Shown here piece after piece: positions 53,718 through 64,000 of a DNA stretch of 64,000 nucleotides. Every line of letters begins with the position of its first letter. The first letter of the stretch is position 1. The notes beneath the pieces are model-generated. The model searched no databases and was not told the DNA's origin. It saw only the letters and a program-made list of their open reading frames with translations. This stretch comes from Octopus vulgaris (Eukaryota): positions 39,494,001 to 39,558,000 of the forward strand of contig OX597827.1 of the NCBI GenBank assembly GCA_951406725.2, in the 5' to 3' direction. The position numbers were made by a program, and so were the translations under genes.

Positions 53718-56700
53718 CATCAGGAATGGAACCTGAAGTCAAAAAAGATTAAAAGATATTGCAACTCAAGCAAGAAGTCTAACAAGACATTTGCTTAAGA
53801 AAATAATAACAATAATATTTTTTTTTACAAAGGAATGAAGCCACATATTTTGGGGAGGCAGAGAATATTGAGTTGGAATTCTTACTCCTTATGCTTGTCT
53901 TATCATTAAGTGGTAAAAAATGTAATTTAAAATGTGAATTGAGACCACTTTATAGATTTAGTAGGTGAAGAAATTGCAATATGTTAATGCTACCACAAAG
54001 GAAAAATATAATAGTGTTCCATAATAATGATCATTATCTTTTAAGAAAGGTACAGTTAGTCTGTTAACACAAGTATTTGATTGGTTCTTATATTATTAAC
54101 TCTGGAAAGATGGAAAGCAAAGTTGACCGTGGCAGGATTTGAACTCAGAATGTAAAGATATGTGACTAAATATCATAGGCATTTTGTCTGAAGCTTTACT
54201 AATTCTGAAATGCAATAAACTTCTTGGAGAGACTTCAGCAACAGGGGTAACAAAACAAAAACAAGTAAAAGGGTTTACAAAAGCATCATCTGCCTTAAAA
54301 CTACACAAAAGGTGTTTTCTTTATCTCCAACCTAAAACTCCCAATTATCAATGGAGATAACAAAAAAAAAAAAAAAAAGAAAACAATTTGATCACGATAT
54401 TCATGTATCTTGGATATGGAAAGAAACAAAGGTCTATTGCTGCTGAACTCTTGTTTATTGAAGTTAAGCAGATGACAGATAAGACATCCTCTGGATAGGA
54501 TATCAGGCTGCCGTAGATAATATTCCTAAATTATCAAACATGTAACCCCGACAGATAACCTAAACTAAATGCTAAAAGCAAACAAATAAACCAAAAACTC
54601 AACATGTAAATGTCTCCTAAGTTTTCCCAAGACATATTTAAAAAATTAATAGTTTGTCTTTGATTACATGCTATTAATAACAAGATGAGATGCAAATCCC
54701 ACCTTTGTTGGAATGCCAGTGTATCTATCACAGCTAACATTCATGGAGGCTCTGGTAATTATTTATGAAGTGCATTGGAAGAGATGCTTTACTTCCTAAA
54801 TATGCAACAAAATGTCCTGCAGTGGATTTGAACTCGAGACCTTTGAAGTGTTATCACAATGTCATATCCACACAACCATTTCCTTTCTGTTTAGATTAAA
54901 TGAGCCACTGCAAATTTATGCATGTTGCTCAATAACACAAGGAATTGGCCATAAGATATTTTATCTGAAAGCCCATTAGCTACTATTTCAATTTTCTATT
55001 CATCCTGGATGTTTTCCTAATCCTGTAAAACAGGGAGGCATTTAAATTTGGTGGTTATCAAAAAAACAAAACAAAAAAAAAACACCAAGACATATAAGGC
55101 AAAAGAGTAAAGCTACAAGAACCATTTAGAAAGAATAATGCAGGCATTACTTTTCTTGTTATTGTCATATCAGTTAGTACAAGCCATTGAAATCGATCTT
55201 GCAGATTTGAATCAGCTTGGTCTGCCAAGCTCTGCACATATTCTTTGCCAAATGGATCTTACCACTGCATTTCGTATTCAAACTATTATTGTTAGTAGTA
55301 ATGGCACTATTTTTACTCCACCCACCCCAAAAAATTCCCCCTAAAGAATAAGAAAACAATTACTACCTATTCCTTTTTTGTGATCTTCTAATGTGATAAA
55401 AATCCATCCCCAAAGCTGCTGAGTATGTTGGACGAAAAAAAGGGGCGAAAGGTTATATAAGCATAGGCTTTCAAAATAGTATCACCATTATTATCAAAAT
55501 TATTATCACCATTATTATTGATTTCTGAATTTAGCACAAGACCAACTATTTCCTTGACCTTGTAATAATAAATGATACCATTATTAGCATTATTTATATA
55601 AAGATATATAAATGGTGATAATAATAATAATAATGGGATTACAAAACAATTGGGTAAGGGTTAGTGCGAAACTCATCAACTGTGTAAGTCTCCTTGATAT
55701 AAGAAGTAAGCTGCCGGTTATTCCAAAATTTCACTATTATTATTACTAGATAAGAGAAGGAGGAGAGAGATACAGAAGCAGGGTGGGAGATACTTTATGG
55801 TAGCAGGGTGTGGGATTACAGACGATGGCAAAGGGGGATGGCTTGAGGTACCAATGCAAAAAAAAAAAAACTCAGAAAAATCAAAATATCACAATAAACT
55901 AAAGTAAATAAAAAAATTGAAAATTGCACACAAAAATTAGTAAGTAAAAAAAAGATTAAAAAGCTGATCTTGTAAACAAGAACAGCAATAAGAAAGAGCA
56001 TTTTGAAAACTCACACAGGAAAGGTATCAATAAAAGTAATAAATTTTTTTAGATTTTGACCAGGACACATTTTTTCTTTTCTGGTGGGAGATGTTGGTGC
56101 AATCAATACTAGTACATGACTGGCTGGTACTCATTTCACCAAGCCTAGAAGGTTGAAAATCAAAGCTGAAATAGACCCAGGTGGGATTTGAACTTTGTTG
56201 AGATGCTGCTGCTGATGATTTACATGTAAATTTGAATGTCTTTGGAGATAACAGTTCTTACAAGCTTAAGAAAGTGATGAAATGCTTGCCACAGGAAAGG
56301 TAAAAAAACTATAGAAGACAAACTAGCAGAAATATAGTTCACACACACAGATGTACAAATACATTTGGTGGGATTATTGTGTGTGTGTAGGTGTAACTGA
56401 TCTCTGTCAAGAAGAATTTAAAGCAATCTATGTTGTTTGAAATGGTTAATGAAAAGTAGATGGAAATGCTAGTGATGGTAAATTTTATTGGAAAGATTTA
56501 AAAGAAGGATCGGTGAAATTTATTGCTATTAAATTCTGTTTAATATAAGAAAACCTACTAATTCTTTCTAAAATAGATATGACCATTTTCATTAAAAAAA
56601 AATTTAATTTAAACTTTAGAGAAAAAAATTAATATTTTCTAATTTATGCAAAAGGCCAGCAGCTTTAAGGAGTTGGGTTTAGTTGATTATATCAGCCCCA

Positions 56701-59533
56701 GTACTAGACTGGAGGTTCATGTTTTTTGACCCTGGAAGGATGAATGGCAAAGTTGATCATGGAGTGATTTGATCTCAGAATACAAATAGGCAGAGCAAAT
56801 ACCAGGAGGCATTTTGTCTGATACCGAAATGATTTTTGCCAACTCATTTCCCTGCTGTGAACAGTAAGATAAAAATGCTTTCTAATTTAGACAAGAGACA
56901 ACAAATCAATCATATTGATCACAGTACTTGCATTGAACTTATTTCATTGATTCCTGCATCCAGTATAAAATATCTTTAACAAGCTGTTAGTAAGTTTTAA
57001 TAAAATTATTTTTACACAAAACTCAATGTTAAAAGAAATTAAATAATGCATATTAACAGAATTATGAATATTAATTATATTTGTAAAAATTTGTAATATG
57101 ACAGAAGTAGAAATAATTTCAATGCCTGTGGCATATTTCTGTGTGTTTCTGTGTTTTGCTAATAACTTTTAAACTACTGGAAATATTTGAAAAAGGGGTT
57201 TTGAAGACAACAACAACAGACGGAGGGAAGGGGGGAAAAAGAACAATTATTGAAAAGAATACTAAAGATTGAGAATTTGGAGTTGATTAAGTAAAGTTAG
57301 AATGTCTGAGATGTTGTTGGTGGTGGTGGTGATGGTGGTAATTGAGATGGGAATAGCAGGAATATCAATTAATAAAATGAAGTAGATAAATAAAGATTTG
57401 GAAGAAAGAAGAGAAAGCTTTCATAAGATATTATTGCATAGCTACCACAGTGGTATTTAATGATCACTTTTTAAAGGGAAGGAGAAAACAGGATGTTGTA
57501 ATGCCCATTCCCTGCTCAAAAGGGTGGAGAGCACTAACAATCCTGAACCTAGGCTCACATCCCCATGAACCTAATGCTGCATTATAACACACTTGCTGCT
57601 ATTACTACTACTATAATGACTATTGCTTGCTGCTATATGAATGAATGATAGTAATTATTATTATTTTTATTATGTCTAACTTAAGCACAAGGATGTTGAC
57701 AAAGCACAAAGTCAACCTTGTCAAGAATTGAACTTGGAACCTAGAAGGACAGAACTAAAAAATGTAATAATTTTGTAATCATTTCTAGTTTGGTGGGGGA
57801 TCTTTTTTTTCTGTCATTCACACTTTGATGACAATAAAAATAGTAAAATTTCTAACAGAAACACAAAACTACAAATTTGAGGAGAGGAGTAATTAACTGA
57901 ACTGGTACATTATTTTACCAATCCCAGAATATTAAAAGACAAAGTTGATCTTATTTGAATTTGAACTCAGAATGTAAATGGTTCTAACTGAATACCTCAA
58001 AGCAATTTAACAATTCTGCCAATCCACTCCTGAGAATGCTATTAACAGCCATAAACAGTTTCTTAATTTAGAGAAAGATGAACTGCATCATAATATCTAA
58101 TAAACAATGAAGTGGATTGTACATCCATGTAGCAACTAACATGGTTAGATAGGCTGAGTAGAATTGCAAGACCAATTTACAGCCAGGTAGACTATTCCTA
58201 CCAGTCAGTAAACCTGATGGGTATGTACCATCAACACTTTGGCTTGTAGCATTATACCTAGCTCAACAAACAGTAACAGTAAAAATTACATCTGATATCA
58301 AATTGTGAAACCAGAGATATAGAGATTTCAAGACTTCATCATAATTTCAATGATCACATCTTCGAAGCTGATACCAAAAGCCATTAGCATAATTACGAAG
58401 ATGTGGGTTATCAGAAGTCTTGGAGAAACAAAAACAGTATTAATAGTAGTAGCAGTAATTGGTTTGGAGGTGTTGGTGCTAGTACATCTAGCAGCAAGGG
58501 CTGGGAAATAAAAGTACAACTGAGAACAAAGCAGCAGCAGAAGAAAATATTAATAGCAACAAAGCAGTTTCTAGTTGAGTTGCTCTCTAGTCTTTGCAGT
58601 GACATTACCTCCCTTTCAACTTAATTACAACAAATACAACAACAACAATTTTTAATGTAGGTTTGCTCGTGTGTGGAGAGGGGCATAGGTGACTATATCA
58701 ACTTCAATACTTGACGGACAATTTGTTACTAAACTTCAGCTCATAAAAGGATGCAAACTGAAGTTAACTGTAACCATCCCAGGTGGGATTAGAATTCAGA
58801 ACATAAAAATGGATATAAATAACATGGGACATTTTGTTCAATACTGTCAATACAGTCACCCATTGCCCTCCTAATGATAATGATTATAATAATAATTGTT
58901 TCTAATGTTGACAGAAGGCCGGAAACTTGGGATGTGGGAATAACCGATTACATCAACATCAGTACTTGACCGTTACTTTATTTTATCAGCCCTGGAAGAA
59001 TGAAAGCCCAAGTTGATCCTGGTTGGGGTTTGAACTCAGAATGTAAAGGTCATAGCAAAACTATAGCAAGGCATTTTATCCATTTTGCAACCAATTCTAC
59101 CATTCACTGCCCTAATAATAATATTTTATTTCTAATTTGGAGCTAGTAATTTCAAGAGGAGGGTAGAAGATTAATCAGTTACATGGATCACAGAATTTGA
59201 CTGCAGCTTTGTTTTATTGTCCTTGAAAGGATGGGAAGCAAAGTTGAGCATGGGAAGATTTGAGCTCTGACTGTAAAGAGTCAGAATACTACAAGGCATT
59301 TTGTCCAGTACACAAATGATTTTGCCAATCCTCCACCTCAGTAATAATAACACATAGAATCAATTGCAGCTGTCTAATATAGTTAGATGACTAAGTAATA
59401 ACTGGCTAATAATTAATCTATTACAACCTTATTCATGAGAGATAACTAATGAGACAACTCTTCAGCTTTGATATGTGAAAATGGCATCACATTAGTAGAC
59501 TTCAAAGACAGCATTATTCCCTATCTAAAAGCA

Positions 59534-59651
59534 AAAAGTTGATTTTAGGGTTTGTTGGTGAAAAGTTGATTTTAGGGTTTGTTGATGAAAAGTTGATTTT
59601 AGGGTTTGTTGGTGAAAAGTTGATTTTAGGGTTTGTTGGTGAAAAATTGAT
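59534..59651. repeat. 27 bp minisatellite, about 4.3 copies
   Basis: Unit aaaagttgattttagggtttgttggtg. Confidence 0.95.
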
Positions 59652-60340
59652 GAGCAGGTGTATTGGAAACTGAACTTGGAATACTGATATAATTTTGACT
59701 AGTACACTGGGAAGTAGGCTGTAGTTCAATACATATAACTGTTATGATATTTCATAGTAATGAGTGGAAGTTAGTAGCAGGAATAGTAGTAGTATTAGTA
59801 GCAGCAATGAAGACAGTGTTAGTAGTGGTTAGTTGAGGGAGGAGAAGAGAATGATAAGAATTAAGGGGAAAGCAACCAAGTACTGATGAACCATGAAATG
59901 TCGGCCATTTTGACATGAAGAATGAACTGAGACGGACGGACACACACAGACAAAAGAGAATTTGAATGGAATCAAAAGGACACTGAATGTAAAATAAGAA
60001 ACACTGAAGGAAAGCCAAGAAGGATAGAATGCGAGGTGGAAAGAAAGATGGAAAAGAAAGGCAAAGAAAAAAAAGTAGATCTAAAGGAAACAATGAAAGG
60101 AACAAAGGATGGAGAGCAAAAGAGAGGAAAAGAATAAATTTACTTCCTGTTGCATTTATTATATTTCGCTTTCTTTGGAGCTTTTAGTGTGATTCCTGTA
60201 ATCTTAGAGAAATATTTACATTTAAGTACAAAATAAGGGCTTTTGTGAAATTTTTCTTGACCGTTACATATAAAAACAAAAACAGATAGGTTAACGGATA
60301 GACACAGAAGAAAAAAGATAGCTGACAGAAGAGAGAGAGT

Positions 60341-60408
<68 letters not shown>

Positions 60409-60546
60409 TATGTAGACAAAGAAATACAGAGAGAGATTGCAAACAGGATAAATAAACAGGTACATAGACAGAGAAATAAATAAATAGCTAGATAAATTGA
60501 TAAAAACATCAAGGAAGAAAGTAAGGGAGCAGTATGTGAGCATGCT

Positions 60547-60586
<40 letters not shown>

Positions 60587-60708
60587 CTGGAGCAGCACGG
60601 CAGCAGTGGCTCGAGGCAACTTTTCAATAAAAATACATAGTTTTAAATATATACGTGTAAGTGTATGCACATATATTTATATATGCATACATAGACACAC
60701 AGAAACAA

Positions 60709-60756
<48 letters not shown>

Positions 60757-60877
60757 TCACACACAAACACACATATATATATATACACATATAAATAATG
60801 AACTGAAATAAAAGAACTGCACAGAGAATGATCATGGTTTTTCAGTTAAAATTTTCTAGCCAATTGAAATAAAATTA

Positions 60878-60923
<46 letters not shown>

Positions 60924-61046
60924 CATCATCATCATTATTATTATTATCATCATCATTTATATAATGTTGTTTTTGATTGCTTGTAGTCTTTTAATTTTTT
61001 AAAATTTATTTTCTTTCATTTTGTTACTTTTCTTTCATTCCAACTC

Positions 61047-61269
61047 TCAGCGGTAGAAATTGTCGTGAAGAGTTTCAAAAACTAACTGGTCATCGAGTGG
61101 CTTGACCCACTGGATGTGCACGATGCCCTCAAGGTGGCCGTTGGCACAGAAGAGCCAAGATTTATCCAGTTGCGCCAACACTTCAAGTTCATCTCCGGCT
61201 GCAAAGTCTAAAACTCCGTCTATCCCTGCAGTACAATCATGGCTGCTAGCGTACAATGTACGTACATAT
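61047..61269 (-). CDS. Terminal coding exon of an SH3-domain protein; upstream exons not identified, probably beyond the right end of the window
   Basis: Minus-strand acceptor ttctgcttttcag (plus CT at 61270-61271). The frame reads YVRTLY...GVLDFAAGDELEVLAQLDKSWLFCANGHLEGIVHIQWVKPL...NFYR*, matching the SH3 pattern ALY..L.F..GD.I.VL....WW.....G.VP..YV. GC content is higher than the flanks. Confidence 0.8.
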
Positions 61270-62077
61270 CTGAAAAGCAGAAGAACAAGATGGTGAAAAA
61301 TTTCCCAAACAACTAAAACACAAAAAAGAAAAGAAAAGAAGAAAACATTTATGTAAGTAACTGGAACATCTTAAAAAATTTGAAAGAAATAATTGTTAAA
61401 TGACAAAACAAAATTAAATGCATGAAGTGAGGTGTTAAGATTATTTGAATGTATTAAATATTTAGTTATTAATCTTTAGACAGTCTTTATTTCACTTTCT
61501 GTCTCTGCTGCATGCCACATCAGACTGTTCTTTGACAGGTCCAGTAGCATATCAGTTTTTATGTGGGAAAAGGTGATTGACTCTTCATTTGTTCATTCCC
61601 TATTTCTGGAGAAAGGTGAGTAGCCACCCATGACTCACCAACCGCACAACATAGCTGAGAGAGAGAGAGAGAGAGATGGGAGAGAGAGACACAGATAGAT
61701 TAATAGAAAACTTGACTCCTATCGCTATCTTTTGACTAAAACTTTATGACCCATTAACCCCCACTGAAAAGATGAATTGCAAAGTTGACCTAGACAGGAT
61801 TTGAACCCAGAGCACAGAAAATCAGAACAAATATCTCAAGGCATGCTATCTGACTGCCACTTTGCTGCCTTTGTTTGCTCCAGCTCTCTGTATTCCTGAG
61901 TTCAAATTCTGGCATGGTTAACTTTGCTTTTCATGCTTTCATATTCAATATAGTACTCCTCAAGTGCTGAAGTCAAACTTCTCTCCCCCTCCACCACTCT
62001 CTCTTAAATCTGCTATATTGTGCTATGAGAAGGGTCTATGCTAGAATTTTGTCAATATGATCTGCAATCATCATCAG

Positions 62078-62110
<33 letters not shown>

Positions 62111-63354
62111 TTATCTGGAACCTTTAATCATAAATTAAGTGCAATGCCCTTATCCACTAAATTAGTAGTGAATAAAAATGTCAATATTCATAGTTTCCAA
62201 ATAAAAATTCCAATTTCAAATCCAGTTAGGTACCATGCATATAGCCAATAATATGACACCCAATGATGATGAGATGAAACTGGTGAAGTTGTAGTACAAA
62301 TTTAAGTAATAAAATATTATTATGAAGGAGGTTAATAACCTTGTTAACAATTAATTTCAAAAATTTAAACATTAAACAAACCATATATAACTTTTATTAA
62401 CTTTTTACAAAACCCCTCCCTTTTCCCTACCCAATAAAAGCCAACACACTATATGTACTGTTAAATGGGAGCTAATATATTTAATGCAGTGAGCTCAGAC
62501 CCAGTCTAGTTAATTAATTAAGATTAAACCTATAGTGAGGAGAAAAAAAAAGGACAGCCATTAGCTTTAAAAAATCTGGCTGAAAAAGACAAGGGAGATA
62601 ACTCTGAAATCCAAATTATAATTAATTTAAACAGGGGACATGCTGTGGAGAGGGAGTGTTTCTGGCAAGTACAGTGACAACTCCAGAGGGCATGCTTTGA
62701 TCTTAGAAATTCTCACCAAAGGATAGTTTTAGCAGTACACTTGCCAGACCAGAGAAGACAGCAATAAAAAGATTTTGAATGAATGAACACTGACAGGCAT
62801 AACAACTTAAAATAGATATTGGAGGTGGGTGAGAAGTGGAAATTACCCAGGGATGCTTTTTGCATGAAAACGCATAGTGAAGATCTTATCTTTGAACTTG
62901 TAATCTGTATACTATTTTTGCCTGAGCTGAACTAATGCTCCCTTCATTCTCACTCTGGTTATTTAGTCTTTGTCCCGTATTTTACACTAAACACTTCTCC
63001 CCAATTCTCCTTTCCCCAGAAAAGCCTCCCACTGAAAAATCAAACTCACACCTACCCATGTTTTCTATACAGACATCAGCCTCTGAGCCTACCAGCTCAA
63101 AAAGGATTCACCACACTGAATAATGTAGTCTTAAATACATTATGCACAAGAGAAATAGAATGGTCATGACAGAATGCCTTTGATAAAAGTCAGCTCGGTT
63201 AAGGATGACCTGGGACTAAGGAACTGCAATAATGTACAGAAGTTGAAGCTGAATATCAACTGAATATCAACAAGTGACTCCTATATGGAGACTATCAACA
63301 GTGTGCTATTGGGAGAGTAATATAGCATCTTATATACTAAAACAGTGTATAACA

Positions 63355-63602
63355 TGTTCCTTCTCGAGCCATGCGAGGCTCATGAGGGCCGGTTTCCCAG
63401 TTTCAGTGGTGTAGAAATTCCCCACCTGGACAGGATGCTGGTCCCTCGCAGGACTACTCGTTTTTGCTAGCTGAGTGGACTGGAGCAATGTGAAATGAAG
63501 TGTTTTGCTCAAGAACACAATGCATTGCCCGGTCCAGGAATCGAAACCACAACCATACGATCATGAGTTCAACACCCTAATCACTAAGCCACGCACCTCC
63601 AC
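63355..63602 (-). mobile_element. tRNA-derived SINE related to family C
   Basis: Minus-strand head ggtgcgtggcttagtg...ggtttcgattcc. Relatives at 1605-1825 (-), 44320-44617 (-) and 46645-46800 (+). Confidence 0.8.
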
Positions 63603-64000
63603 ACAGTGTATAACATACTAACGGAATATCAAATGAAATATTCTTTTTTCCATGTGATACTTAAATGAAAAAGTATTTCTTATTCTTTATTGGTATCAGT
63701 CTTTGGACAGTAGCTACAGTGAGGTATCATTTTCAAAGACCTTTATCTGTGAATTATTTTATCAATGTCGTAAAGGAAGAAATAGAAAAGGATATAAGTG
63801 GAAAGGATGAAAATATCACAAAGTATTTTTTTTATTGTTCAATGAACTAATTTTGTTTGGCTACCTCTGCTAACACACACATTTTTATTAATTGCTGACT
63901 CTGTATTAAGGGGTAGAGCCTATGATTTTGAAGGCTCTCAAAGACTAGTGAGACTGATGTTGTTAATATTCCATTTAAACCAGGCATTGGCAACTTTCAC

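Noticed and set aside
59534-59651. CRISPR-like or telomeric array
   Set aside because: There are no unique spacers, the context is eukaryotic, and TTTAGGG is not tandemly repeated.

Overview
Eukaryotic, AT-rich, microsatellite-dense genomic DNA. The repeat families and (TA)n/(CA)n/(TAA)n load look like a coleoid cephalopod, most likely Octopus; this is inferred from pattern recognition, not a search. Two host genes are supported. One is a two-coding-exon class A GPCR (+, 30069-30454 joined to 31566-32283, 367 aa). The other is the terminal SH3-encoding exon of a minus-strand gene (61047-61269). The rest is largely nested transposable elements: a Gypsy LTR element lacking RT, RTE LINE pieces, three R4/Dong-type LINE 3' ends in (TAA)n, Helitrons, Tc1/mariner and hAT/piggyBac-type MITEs, and many tRNA-derived SINEs. 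The most notable signal is a set of fold-back (palindrome plus tail) insertions in (TA)n tracts, several carrying minimal type I hammerhead ribozyme motifs from different families, two of them with a long stem II. The largest is a 4 kb Penelope-like element (12916-16950). It has an intact hammerhead, a GIY-YIG-like C-terminus and an unexplained 3.5 kb non-coding interior built from tandem and inverted repeats, extreme strand skew and a GC-rich hairpin island. Most short ORFs in the track are microsatellite artefacts. All alignments and folds were done by eye.
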